A model generated the notes under the pieces. That model was given only the letters and a program-made list of their open reading frames with translations. It searched no databases and was not told the origin of the DNA. Made by a program: the position numbers and the translations under genes. Shown here in pieces: positions 29,969 to 39,263 of a stretch of DNA of 64,000 nucleotides (its first letter is position 1; every line of letters starts with the position of its first letter). The stretch is from the IMG/VR virus record IMGVR_UViG_3300033984_000473, positions 124,001-188,000 of that record, one strand, 5' to 3'.

Positions 29969-30951
29969 TAGTATTTGATTAATTTATCAGTCACCACTTT
30001 TTTCAAGAATGTTTTCATCAACTCAACGTGTTCTGGAACAATCTTATCTTCAACCTTAAAGCCATAGTCAACCTTTGGAATGTGCCCATCACCTTGACTT
30101 GGTTCTGTTATTACATTTAAGAAATCTTTTAAGTCGAACCAACGAACTTCAGCGATATCGTCAGAAGCTTCTGGACGACCCATTTGGTCCCATTCGTATG
30201 TCATAAACAATGTTGTCATGATACCAGATTCCTCTTTGGCGTATCTCCAATCTTCAACAGCTTGACTGCAAATATAAGTCATACCCAATGCTGATAACTT
30301 GGTTTCTTCCATCAACTCTCTACGAGCAGCCATTTCCCAGTTTACATCGTCACGGTCAACAAAACCACCAACAAATCTAAAAAGAGTTTCTGCTGGTTTT
30401 CTAGCCAAAAGGATTTGTCCTTCTCTAGCTACAACAACATCAACGGTTGCATAGGTTACTGGTCTTTGTTTTGAGATACCATAGATTATACCAGCTCTAA
30501 AATCTTCACTTTCTTCAACAGTTTGTGCTGCTAAACCTCTGATTTCAGTAGCGTTGTGAGATTCGATTGGTGTAAATTCTTCTACATGGTGTCTACCATG
30601 ATAGTGAGGGATAAAAGAATCACGACTACCGTAAATGATAGCTTGTTTCTCTGGAAATATAGTTCTGATAGTGTTATCAAGGTTTGTTGACCATTTTTCG
30701 TCACTTCTATTATCTTCTAAAGGTAGAACTATAACATTAGGATACGTATTTTGTATCATTTTCTTTCTGGTAGGAAAATCCAAAGGATTTCTTTTTGTAT
30801 TCTGGATTCTAGCGATACCTAGAAATACAATAACATTTGAGTGTTTGTTGGTTACATGGTTAAGTAACCCTTTATGACCATCATGTAGATAAGGCGTTTC
30901 AAATCTACCAATAATAATCCCAATTGCTTCCGCTTCGTTTAATTTTTTCAT
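29968..30951 (-). CDS. bifunctional NMN adenylyltransferase / ADP-ribose Nudix hydrolase (NadM-Nudix)
   Basis: GRF...LHDGH, NPL, ATEIR; Nudix box GGFVD......AARREL.EET; SDD. Confidence 0.9.
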   Translation of the reverse strand: MKKLNEAEAIGIIIGRFETPYLHDGHKGLLNHVTNKHSNVIVFLGIARIQNTKRNPLDFPTRKKMIQNTYPNVIVLPLEDNRSDEKWSTNLDNTIRTIFPEKQAIIYGSRDSFIPHYHGRHHVEEFTPIESHNATEIRGLAAQTVEESEDFRAGIIYGISKQRPVTYATVDVVVAREGQILLARKPAETLFRFVGGFVDRDDVNWEMAARRELMEETKLSALGMTYICSQAVEDWRYAKEESGIMTTLFMTYEWDQMGRPEASDDIAEVRWFDLKDFLNVITEPSQGDGHIPKVDYGFKVEDKIVPEHVELMKTFLKKVVTDKLIKY

Positions 30952-30978
30952 GTTTCTAATTTTATAATACAAAGGTAC

Positions 30979-31010
30979 AAAAAAAATCCCGATAAAACAA
31001 ATTATCGGGA
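30979..31010 (-). terminator. intrinsic terminator
   Basis: TCCCGATAA/TTATCGGGA stem plus T-run. Confidence 0.7.
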
Positions 31011-31020
31011 AATATTTTTA

Positions 31021-32373
31021 TTAAACTTTGAAACCCATTGATTGTTTCTCTTTTTCAACTTGACTTGAGTAGAATCCTTTGTAAGATTCATTTATAAGAC
31101 TCACAGTATCTTCAATACTCCAGTTTTCATCATCCTCAGACATTTCTTTGATGTTGTCAGCCAAGTTGGCAATGAACGCACCAGTAATGTTAACCTTCTT
31201 TCCATTTATCTTACCATTCAAGGCAGCATAAACTTCTTCTGTTTGCCATTTCTCTGGTAAGTGGATATTACATACCTTGATGATTTGGTTTTCATCTAAG
31301 AAACTGTAATCTAACGTGAAGTTAAATCTTCCAGGTCTTTCAGCCGCTTTATCAACAAGTCCTTTATCATTGGTAGAGGCCAAAAGGCTAATCTTACGTT
31401 TCTTAACACCATCAAAGAATGATAAGAACTGACCCAACAATCTAGTGTAACTTCCATTATCTCTTGAACCTAAGTACAAGTCAATATCATCCATAACGAT
31501 AACTGCGTTCTCAAAAATCTCACATGCTTCCATGATACTAGTTAAATCTTCCGAGTTACCGAAGTCTGGAATAACGAAAGTAACATTAGGTATTAACTTT
31601 CTAGCAATCTCACGTATGCTTTCAGTTTTACCTGTTCCTGGTTCTCCATTCAATAAGTACCTAGCGTTTCCACCTCTGGCTACACGAGAAATAAAGTGTT
31701 GAATATATTTCATTTGAACATCATTAAGGATAAGCTCATTGCTAGCTTCTTTGATGTTGATTATTTCGATTCCTTTGAAACGACCTTCTCTCAATTTAAC
31801 CTTGATACATTTACCTTTGTATTCAGAGTTATTAAATGAAAGGTTTTTGATTTTCTTAACCAACTCACCAAAAGCTTTATGGTCAATACCTTTTTTAGCT
31901 GTAAGGTGGAATTGGTTAACCAATTCATTACGACCATCTAAGAACATTTTGGTTTGGAAAATGTAATCATTTTCATCATTTTCAATTGTAGTACTAAACC
32001 AGTACGAACCAGTTACTTCAAAACCACCACCAAAATCAATTCTACCGATATTATCGCTAGTACCATAGGCTCTTACATTCAATTCTTTTTGTTTACCTTT
32101 GAAAGCATCATGCAAGTAAGAATTTATAATAGCAAATTCAATGAAGCTAATTTCTTCAGTATAAGAATTTACCATGTAATCTTCTTCTTCATCATCATCT
32201 TCTTCAGTCCCAGTGAAACCAACATTTACTTCGTCATCTTCACCTATGTAAATCTCTTCACCATCTAAATCACTAAAGTTGATTCTTTTAATCCCAAAGT
32301 TGCTATGGAATTCTTTAACAATTTTCTCAATCTCGTTAGGTGTTGCTCTAACTGCTTTTTTTCTACCACTCAT
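31021..32373 (-). CDS. AAA+ ATPase
   Basis: GEPGTGKT, VMDDID, ASTN, RPGRF. Confidence 0.88.
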   Translation of the reverse strand: MSGRKKAVRATPNEIEKIVKEFHSNFGIKRINFSDLDGEEIYIGEDDEVNVGFTGTEEDDDEEEDYMVNSYTEEISFIEFAIINSYLHDAFKGKQKELNVRAYGTSDNIGRIDFGGGFEVTGSYWFSTTIENDENDYIFQTKMFLDGRNELVNQFHLTAKKGIDHKAFGELVKKIKNLSFNNSEYKGKCIKVKLREGRFKGIEIINIKEASNELILNDVQMKYIQHFISRVARGGNARYLLNGEPGTGKTESIREIARKLIPNVTFVIPDFGNSEDLTSIMEACEIFENAVIVMDDIDLYLGSRDNGSYTRLLGQFLSFFDGVKKRKISLLASTNDKGLVDKAAERPGRFNFTLDYSFLDENQIIKVCNIHLPEKWQTEEVYAALNGKINGKKVNITGAFIANLADNIKEMSEDDENWSIEDTVSLINESYKGFYSSQVEKEKQSMGFKV

Positions 32374-32392
32374 ATTTGTTTGTTTTCGTTAA

Positions 32393-32986
32393 TTATACAT
32401 GATGGTCTACATTACCAATTCCTTTGGTCGCCATTATTGTTTTTATTTCATCGTAATGAACTGGAGCATAGTCCCAACCATTACAACCCATATCCAATAC
32501 TTTTCTTTCGTAGTATTCTGGGTTTTGAATCACCAAGCTTTGGTGACAATGACCATGCAAATGCCAGTCTCCGTGATGTGCTTTGTCCCATGATAAAATA
32601 GGATAGTGCATCATCATAATCCCTTGTTTTTTTCTAGGGGTGTCGCTATCATTGATACTAAGGTTAACATAATCGCTAATTGTTTCAAATCGATTCAATT
32701 TACGAATATCTCTCTCGTCATCATGATTTCCAAGAATAAAGTGTATCTTACCCTTCAATTCCTTTAAGATACGTTGTGTATCATTACCATTTCTATCAAA
32801 GGATAAATCCCCTAAATAGAATACGACATCATTGTCGCTAACTTTTGAATTCCAGTTGTTAATCAACGTTTCATTCATTTCTTCGACACTCTCAAAAGGT
32901 CGTTTGTCGTATTTAATCACATTTGTATGACAAAAGTGAAAATCCGATGCAAAAAAAACCTTTTGATGGTCTAATTTAATTCTCAT
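32393..32986 (-). CDS. calcineurin-like metallophosphoesterase
   Basis: SDFHF.H, LGD, GNHD, HYP, HGHCH. Confidence 0.9.
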   Translation of the reverse strand: MRIKLDHQKVFFASDFHFCHTNVIKYDKRPFESVEEMNETLINNWNSKVSDNDVVFYLGDLSFDRNGNDTQRILKELKGKIHFILGNHDDERDIRKLNRFETISDYVNLSINDSDTPRKKQGIMMMHYPILSWDKAHHGDWHLHGHCHQSLVIQNPEYYERKVLDMGCNGWDYAPVHYDEIKTIMATKGIGNVDHHV

Positions 32987-33579
32987 TTTTCTTCTTTTTC
33001 TAATTGTTCTTTCAATTTCAATAGAGCAGAGTTTGAATCACCTAATGTGAAAGTTGCTGTTCTATCTTTAACTGAATTAATTTTATTTATTTTTTGCTGC
33101 ACATCAACATCATCGATGCTTTCAGCTCGTTTGATAAACGATTCTCTCCTAATTGACCCTAGCAACCAGTTGATATGTTTATCACCTTTAAGGGCTTTTG
33201 TAATCAACCAATCATAAAAGATTTGGAATGATTGGTATGACATGAATGTATTGGTATCTTTACCAGTAACACCCATTTTTCTATCACCAATAAGCTTAGC
33301 AATCGGTGATTCTACTTTAGCATTCTCACTGAACATATTCTTTAGATTGCTCATGAATTGACTTTTGAATTCTTCAGTGTGAATACCCTCAAGGATATCT
33401 TCTGAAGAAAATAATGGTTCTCTGGTCAATACACATTTGAAATCACCTTTTGGTGTTTCCCAAACCTTCTCAACACTGGTTATTGGCATGTAAGACCTAA
33501 CTAGGTGATTAAGGAAATTTTTAGATTTCGGATTGTCAAGCATTTTATCTAAGCTTGCGTGAATTTGTTCTTCGTTCAT
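32983..33579 (-). CDS. hypothetical protein
   Basis: ORF in operon. Confidence 0.7.
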   Translation of the reverse strand: MNEEQIHASLDKMLDNPKSKNFLNHLVRSYMPITSVEKVWETPKGDFKCVLTREPLFSSEDILEGIHTEEFKSQFMSNLKNMFSENAKVESPIAKLIGDRKMGVTGKDTNTFMSYQSFQIFYDWLITKALKGDKHINWLLGSIRRESFIKRAESIDDVDVQQKINKINSVKDRTATFTLGDSNSALLKLKEQLEKEEK

Positions 33580-33585
33580 AGTGTT

Positions 33586-33960
33586 TTATGTATGTAAAAT
33601 AATGTAATTGTAAACTAAAAATAACTGCACATAGTGTAATACTTGGTCGAAACCAACAACATTAAAGAATTGGTAGTACTTCTCTAATTTGTAATACTTG
33701 CTCGTTTGTCGGCTTGTAAAATAATCTGTCATCCAATGTGACATAAAAATAACACTAAACGCAATCAAACCTGTTTGTAATGTAATCGGAACCACAACAG
33801 CAAACAATAAACTCCAAAATAACATAGTAGCACATGAATATACACCAACATGCATTGTTAAGTAATAGTTGCTGGTACTTTTTCTCGTAGCCATGTGTCT
33901 GGTTTGTAAAACAAAATCAGAAACCCAATGAGCTAATATGATATATAAAAATGCCCACAT
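33586..33960 (-). CDS. DUF3307-like membrane protein
   Basis: HWVSDFVLQ, H...Y, HW.TD, GFDQVLH. Confidence 0.8.
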   Translation of the reverse strand: MWAFLYIILAHWVSDFVLQTRHMATRKSTSNYYLTMHVGVYSCATMLFWSLLFAVVVPITLQTGLIAFSVIFMSHWMTDYFTSRQTSKYYKLEKYYQFFNVVGFDQVLHYVQLFLVYNYIILHT

Positions 33961-34349
33961 TATGCTTCAGAGATTATTGATGAAACCAATTTGTTATCAG
34001 CCAACCCTTTGTAATCTCTACTAAATAACCCCATCATTTGACCAGCGTTAGTTAAACCAGCATCTTTGTAAGATTTAACAATAGTTCTGATTTGTTCTTC
34101 AGTCATAAGACTTGGTAAATAAGGTTCCATGTATGATAACTCGACCAAAGATTCTGGGTTGTTAGTTAGTTTAAGGGATTTTTCCATCTTACGTAAGATA
34201 ATCAAAACTGTTCCATCAGTTGTTACAGTTCCCCTACCTTCTTCGTTTTGGATTTCACTTTTCAATAGACCTAGAAAGTTTTTTCTTTCCATTTCTTTTG
34301 CTTTGAATGCTGTCAAGAAGTCAGCATTGATTTTTTCTTTTAAAGACAT
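33960..34349 (-). CDS. GatB/YqeY domain protein
   Basis: MSLKEKI..D...A.KA, YLP..MTEE, GQMMG, G.AD.K.VS. Confidence 0.85.
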   Translation of the reverse strand: MSLKEKINADFLTAFKAKEMERKNFLGLLKSEIQNEEGRGTVTTDGTVLIILRKMEKSLKLTNNPESLVELSYMEPYLPSLMTEEQIRTIVKSYKDAGLTNAGQMMGLFSRDYKGLADNKLVSSIISEA

Positions 34350-34356
34350 TTTGCTT

Positions 34357-34788
34357 TTAATTTTTGATTAATATATAATAGTGGTAAAAATCATCACCAT
34401 CTATTGCGAAATAAGCGAACTTAATTTCATTTTTTTGTACTCTTTCTGATATAACCTTAAAGTTATCCTTGTATTCACTACATGCGAATCTAATGTATTT
34501 ATCATCACTTGGCTTTGCCCTAACCCTTTTTGATTCCATAACCAACTCTGGGTTGACTGGCTCATCTTCAGTTATCTTTTTAATAGTCGGAATTGCTGGA
34601 ACCTTAACAACTGGTTTTGGTTCTACCCTTTTTTTAGACTCAACCTTTGGAACAGGTTTTGGTGTTACCTTAGCTTTTACTGGTTCAACAACCTTAACCT
34701 CTGGTTTAACTTCGATTGGTCGTTCTCTCTTTTTAGGTTCTATAGCGACCACTGGCTTTCTTTCAGCTTTTTTACGTTCTATTGCCAT
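34357..34788 (-). CDS. hypothetical protein with K/P/V-rich low-complexity N-terminus
   Basis: ORF with own promoter box. Confidence 0.7.
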   Translation of the reverse strand: MAIERKKAERKPVVAIEPKKRERPIEVKPEVKVVEPVKAKVTPKPVPKVESKKRVEPKPVVKVPAIPTIKKITEDEPVNPELVMESKRVRAKPSDDKYIRFACSEYKDNFKVISERVQKNEIKFAYFAIDGDDFYHYYILIKN

Positions 34789-34839
34789 GACTTATTTTCA
34801 TATTACAAAAGTACTACAATTTTTCCTTGAATGCAACTT

Positions 34840-35334
34840 TTATTTGGTTAATTTTCTGTAAACTTCAAATCTAAACTTTAAACCATTCTCTTCCAGTATC
34901 TTATCACTGTCAATCAAATCCCATTCTTCAATCTTCAAACCTTCTAAAAAAGTATCACCCTCAATTGTGGAATAAATTTGAGTAAAGAATAACTTATCAG
35001 CATAAACAAAGGCTTCTTTGTATAAATCAGCTCCACCGATAACGAAAAGTTCTTTATCACTCTCTTTATATGACTCTAATAGTTTGGTGTAATCAGTGTG
35101 AACTTCAGCACCTTCTGCTTTATAGTCTTTATTTCTAGTAACTACCAAGTTATCTCTATTTGGAAGTGGTCGATATTTTTCTGGGATACTTTCCCAACAC
35201 TTTCTTCCCATAACAACTACGTGTCCTTTGGTGATATCTTTAAAGTGTTTCATATCTGTTGGCAAATGCCAAGGTAAATCATTATCTTTACCGATAACCA
35301 TATTGGTTGATGCTGCTACTATAATATTAATCAT
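34840..35334 (-). CDS. folA: dihydrofolate reductase
   Basis: IG..N.LPW.LP.D...F, MGRK.WESI, PLPNR, IGGA..Y, GDTF. Confidence 0.95.
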   Translation of the reverse strand: MINIIVAASTNMVIGKDNDLPWHLPTDMKHFKDITKGHVVVMGRKCWESIPEKYRPLPNRDNLVVTRNKDYKAEGAEVHTDYTKLLESYKESDKELFVIGGADLYKEAFVYADKLFFTQIYSTIEGDTFLEGLKIEEWDLIDSDKILEENGLKFRFEVYRKLTK

Positions 35335-35338
35335 GTTT

Positions 35339-35512
35339 TTATTTTTTTAAACTTTCTTCTGTTATGGACACTAGTGTTGCTTTGTCATAAGTCATTACGT
35401 CAAATACGACTGACCTTTTTTGGTCTAACCATCTTTTGAAGATTAGCTCACCTTTACCATTGAATAGATAAAGTTCTTTACCATGTATTTCTTTTCTAAA
35501 TGTTCCGTTCAT
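35339..35512 (-). CDS. hypothetical protein (57 aa, not in ORF track)
   Basis: MNGTFRKEIHGKELYLFNGKGELIFKRWL...; fills the operon gap. Confidence 0.6.
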   Translation of the reverse strand: MNGTFRKEIHGKELYLFNGKGELIFKRWLDQKRSVVFDVMTYDKATLVSITEESLKK

Positions 35513-35796
35513 TATTTCTCAAAAATTTTACTAATCTGTGTAAGTGTAAACTTGTGTAAGTTCTCTAAAATTATTTTTATCTTAATCTCGTCATTTATCG
35601 TTGAATACGATGTGACCAGTGTATAGATTTCATTTTCTTTTAATATATCATCTACTAGGTTTTCTTCACCGTCTTTGATTACGTTTCTTAATCGTTTTAT
35701 TTGTTTCATATCCAAATGATGAGCATATGATTCCAAATGTTCAATCATTTCATCTTCAGTGAAATCATCTAAGTCAAATTCTACTTCTCTAATCAT
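35512..35796 (-). CDS. hypothetical protein
   Basis: ORF in operon. Confidence 0.65.
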   Translation of the reverse strand: MIREVEFDLDDFTEDEMIEHLESYAHHLDMKQIKRLRNVIKDGEENLVDDILKENEIYTLVTSYSTINDEIKIKIILENLHKFTLTQISKIFEK

Positions 35797-36122
35797 TTTT
35801 CAATTTCTTTACGTTTTTCAGTTAATAAACCAACCATTTCGTTGTATCTATCATTATTATCATATTCATTAAGATAAGCATATAAGAATTTTACAGCACC
35901 TTCTAAGTGTTCTGGTGTAACACATGATTTGATGGTTGCTATTACTTTTTTAGAAGCCATCAAATCAGCACACTTATTACAATACAATTTTGGTTCAGAC
36001 CCATCAAATGTAATATAAGCAGTTCTGTCTTCGTTTAACTTAACGTAGTTTGTAATTGTTCTACATTTTTTGCATAAGTAGACTGGATTACCACCATTAA
36101 ATTTTATAACTGGATTACTCAT
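35793..36122 (-). CDS. hypothetical Zn-finger protein
   Basis: KFNGG...LC..C and C..C. Confidence 0.65.
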   Translation of the reverse strand: MSNPVIKFNGGNPVYLCKKCRTITNYVKLNEDRTAYITFDGSEPKLYCNKCADLMASKKVIATIKSCVTPEHLEGAVKFLYAYLNEYDNNDRYNEMVGLLTEKRKEIEK

Positions 36123-36540
36123 TATTTGATTCTAATAGTTCAAAACTTAAACCATGTGGAAATGATTTCTTATCTTTCATAGCAACAAATGTAAAGTTAG
36201 CTGCACATATATCCTCGATTACACCCATAGTGGTTTCTCTACTAACACTAATCTTTGTTTGTATTGAAGATTTACCTAGCGTTTTAATTTCAGCAATCAT
36301 TGTAATTAAATCACCTAAGAAAGCGGGTTTCTTAAAATCAATTCTATCAACACACGCTGTAACTGCACCATCAGCACCTGTACCATATAAAGCACGTCTT
36401 ACGACCTTAACACCAGCTATATCCATCTCGGCCATAACCTTACCACCGAATAATGTATCGGCATAGTTTAAATCTTGTGGGAACACTGTAAACGAATGTA
36501 CAGCAGTTAATCTGTTCTTTTGAGTTTTGTCAACAATCAT
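36115..36540 (-). CDS. acyl-CoA thioesterase (hotdog fold)
   Basis: VFP.DLN...TLFGG....MD, VTA, F..P...GD, G.SS, FTFVA. Confidence 0.88.
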   Translation of the reverse strand: MIVDKTQKNRLTAVHSFTVFPQDLNYADTLFGGKVMAEMDIAGVKVVRRALYGTGADGAVTACVDRIDFKKPAFLGDLITMIAEIKTLGKSSIQTKISVSRETTMGVIEDICAANFTFVAMKDKKSFPHGLSFELLESNNE

Positions 36541-36569
36541 AATATCTATTTTGATACAAAGGTACTAAA

Positions 36570-37079
36570 TTATTTTGTTTCTTCCAAGTCTTTTTTGACT
36601 TTATTTTCCAATTCACCAATATTCAAACAATAACAATCACCTTTGAATGTCCATGTACCATTTGGAATGTTATCGTCTAGTTCACCTTTCTTTCGAAACT
36701 TAGCTTCTTTGAAGAATTTCTCTTTATCTTTCCACCCGACTATCCATGCTCTGGTTAAATCATTATGAACAACAACAAAACAATAGTAATCACATTTCTG
36801 TTTGGTATTGAAAGCAAAGATGTTATAGGTGTGATGTGGTGCTGGTGGATAATTTTGTGCTTTGGTTTTAACATCAACCTTTATACCTTTGATTATCATA
36901 TCATAATCATAAGACCCTACGTATTTGGTTTTGTTTTTGTATTTATCCCAAACAATGATTTCACCCAAAGCACCTACTTCGTTTCCTTTTCCTTCAGTTA
37001 CAGACCCGTTTAATACATTAAACTCATAAAGCTCTTTGGCTCTTTTTCTTTGGTCATCAGTTATTAATATTTCTTCCAC
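36570..37079 (-). CDS. PD-(D/E)xK-like nuclease, putative
   Basis: GALGE, YD....G..VDVKT motif. Confidence 0.55.
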   Translation of the reverse strand: MEEILITDDQRKRAKELYEFNVLNGSVTEGKGNEVGALGEIIVWDKYKNKTKYVGSYDYDMIIKGIKVDVKTKAQNYPPAPHHTYNIFAFNTKQKCDYYCFVVVHNDLTRAWIVGWKDKEKFFKEAKFRKKGELDDNIPNGTWTFKGDCYCLNIGELENKVKKDLEETK

Positions 37080-37088
37080 ACATAACGA

Positions 37089-37376
37089 TTAAGCTTTTTC
37101 GTTATTGTCGGTAGATTCTTCAGTTGTAGTTGAAGGGATTAATAAAAGTCCTAACTGCTCAATGGCTTTATTTACCATATCTTCTTTGTGTGCGTACTCA
37201 TTTTGGTCTGCTACGTGAATCAAAGTTATCAACGCCTCACACATACAAGATATGTCAGTTAGTATCATTTCTTTCGCCTCTTCTCTAGTAGTTGGCGGTT
37301 CATTTTCTTGACCTTTTCCAATAAGTATTGGTTGGTCTCTTTCCGTATCGATATCGATTAAGATTGAATTTTTCAT
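37089..37376 (-). CDS. hypothetical protein
   Basis: ORF downstream of the promoter box at ~37394. Confidence 0.65.
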   Translation of the reverse strand: MKNSILIDIDTERDQPILIGKGQENEPPTTREEAKEMILTDISCMCEALITLIHVADQNEYAHKEDMVNKAIEQLGLLLIPSTTTEESTDNNEKA

Positions 37377-37448
37377 ATATGTTAATTTTTTTACAAATAT
37401 ACTAATTTTTTTATTAGAAAACAAGTATTTATTAGAAAAATATTTAAC

Positions 37449-37589
37449 ATGGCAAAAGCAACATCAACAACAACTTCTGGCAGACTTGAAAAGACTCACA
37501 AGAAGAGACCTGGAATTCATTCGAAATCGAAATCATCAAAAATGAAAAATTCTAAGAACTACTTAAAAAAATCGGTAGGTCAAGGTTAA
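37449..37589 (+). CDS. small basic protein (46 aa, not in ORF track)
   Basis: MAKATSTTTSGRLEKTHKKRPGIHSKSKSSKMKNSKNYLKKSVGQG; preceded by GTATTTAT, followed by a terminator. Confidence 0.7.
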   Translation: MAKATSTTTSGRLEKTHKKRPGIHSKSKSSKMKNSKNYLKKSVGQG

Positions 37590-37592
37590 AAC

Positions 37593-37619
37593 AAAAATGG
37601 GCCCATTGGGCCCTTTTTT
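37593..37619. terminator. bidirectional terminator
   Basis: A-run, GGGCCC-ATT-GGGCCC, T-run between convergent genes. Confidence 0.7.
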
Positions 37620-38181
37620 AATTTAATTCGTATGTCTTTTTTTCACCATTTGGTTTTGAATAAACCAAGTTATCAACTTTGATTGGCATGTCTTCCATAC
37701 CTTTCATTTTTTTTATGTATTTGTCAGCCGTTTTAGGTTTCAAATAAGCAATTGTTACGTGTGGGTGATAATCTGGAAAGTTATTTGTATTTGGAAATTT
37801 CTTAAACTTTGTATTCATTTTATGCATGTCATCACTATCAACGTCAAACTTTAAAACATCAAACTTTTCGTTGCTAAATGCTGATATCCCTTTGAACCCT
37901 ATCTTAGGTACTTTTACCTTATCAATTTCTTGTTCTATGTCTTCATCTGGTACGTCTGCATGCAAACCAAATAATATTGTCGCATGCGGCTCAGTTTCTC
38001 TACCATAGCTTGGGTCTTCTTTATCAATGTATAAATCTTCGTCATCAATTATGTCTTGTAACTTATCCCAATCTTCATTGGCTACATCCAAGAAAACCAT
38101 AAGACACCCATATTCGTTTTTATGGGTTTTGTGTTTACCTTCTTTTAATAAAGCCGCCCTTAATTCTTTTTTAATATTCAT
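37618..38181 (-). CDS. 2H phosphoesterase, Acb1/T4 57B-like
   Basis: two HxT motifs: EPHATILFG and YHPHVTIAY. Confidence 0.75.
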   Translation of the reverse strand: MNIKKELRAALLKEGKHKTHKNEYGCLMVFLDVANEDWDKLQDIIDDEDLYIDKEDPSYGRETEPHATILFGLHADVPDEDIEQEIDKVKVPKIGFKGISAFSNEKFDVLKFDVDSDDMHKMNTKFKKFPNTNNFPDYHPHVTIAYLKPKTADKYIKKMKGMEDMPIKVDNLVYSKPNGEKKTYELN

Positions 38182-38190
38182 ATAAAACTT

Positions 38191-39204
38191 TTATTTGTTT
38201 TTAAGTAAATCTTGTCGATTTCCTTTATTAGCTTTATGTAAGTCTTTTAACTTATCATAATTTCCAGCTTTTTTATTTGCCATATAAGCTTTTGAAGCGT
38301 CAGTACCAGCTGGCTGACCACCATGCAATAACAAGGCAAAATTAGTATCACTACAACACGCTAATGAATCATCATAATCGATTGGTAACCTTAATTTCTT
38401 AGCATCTTCAATACTATAAACTACAGTTGAATATCTTAGATTATTTTGTAAGATTGTTTCTTCGTTATTTTTATCCATTGATGCTATTAAATTCATATTT
38501 TTAGGTACAGAACCTCTATTTGATATCCAAAATTTTAATGATGTTGTATGTGTGTAAAATTTGATATTTGGGAAAGCATTTGCAACTTCAATCCAAGCCT
38601 TGAAATAAGCGTCAGAAAAGAAATCTCCACCCTCGTGTATTCTAAAGATATTGCTACGGTCTAAACCAGCATACGTAATTGACTCAATAATCAAATCTGC
38701 CATACCTTTAACTCCACCATCTTTTTGTGCTGTCATCAATAATGATAGGTTACTAAAAGCTTTCTTGTTTGTTTCTGGATATTGTGCTTGAGCTCTAGCG
38801 GCATAACACATGTGTTCTGTTTTATCACTAGCTTGTTTTAAAGATTTGTTGTCTTTAAACTTTTGTCCAGGTTTAGATGCAAAATTCTTACATACAGTGG
38901 CAAATGGACATGTATAACCAGCTGGTAAAGAAAAATAAGGCCAATCTAATTTAGCGTTTGCATTTGAAAATGTTAATAAACAAATATTTTTATCTACTTT
39001 TTCGGTAGGTGCTGCTTGACCATGTGCAAATGGGTCAAAATCATCTTCTTCTCTTAAATAAACATAAAGCTCATTCAAATTATGTATGTCTTCATCTAAA
39101 TCACCCGAAAATTGAAAATAGTCTTTAACGGTTTCAAATAATTTAACTGGTCCTTCATTTAAACTAGTTTTTATAATACCTTCTCTTAATAATTTTTTAA
39201 TCAT
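38191..39204 (-). CDS. phage Gp88-like protein
   Basis: N.KL...FSLPAGYTCP, CYA, FRIHEGGDF, FY.HT. Confidence 0.7.
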   Translation of the reverse strand: MIKKLLREGIIKTSLNEGPVKLFETVKDYFQFSGDLDEDIHNLNELYVYLREEDDFDPFAHGQAAPTEKVDKNICLLTFSNANAKLDWPYFSLPAGYTCPFATVCKNFASKPGQKFKDNKSLKQASDKTEHMCYAARAQAQYPETNKKAFSNLSLLMTAQKDGGVKGMADLIIESITYAGLDRSNIFRIHEGGDFFSDAYFKAWIEVANAFPNIKFYTHTTSLKFWISNRGSVPKNMNLIASMDKNNEETILQNNLRYSTVVYSIEDAKKLRLPIDYDDSLACCSDTNFALLLHGGQPAGTDASKAYMANKKAGNYDKLKDLHKANKGNRQDLLKNK

Positions 39205-39218
39205 TTGTTTCTTTTAAT

Positions 39219-39226
39219 ATAAATAT
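39219..39226 (-). promoter_or_regulatory. second promoter class ATATTTAT (putative late/phage-specific promoter)
   Basis: Sense-strand ATATTTAT shortly upstream of starts (mostly 10-40 nt) at 17648, 39219, 41093, 44788, 57317 (minus) and 60354, 37425 (plus, the latter GTATTTAT); also inside the three tRNA-operon cassettes. Confidence 0.65.
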
Positions 39227-39238
39227 ACCAAAAGAAAC

Positions 39239-39263
39239 AAAAAAATCCATACTAGGTATGGAT
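39239..39263 (-). terminator. intrinsic terminator
   Basis: ATCCATAC-CTA-GTATGGAT plus T-run. Confidence 0.7.
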
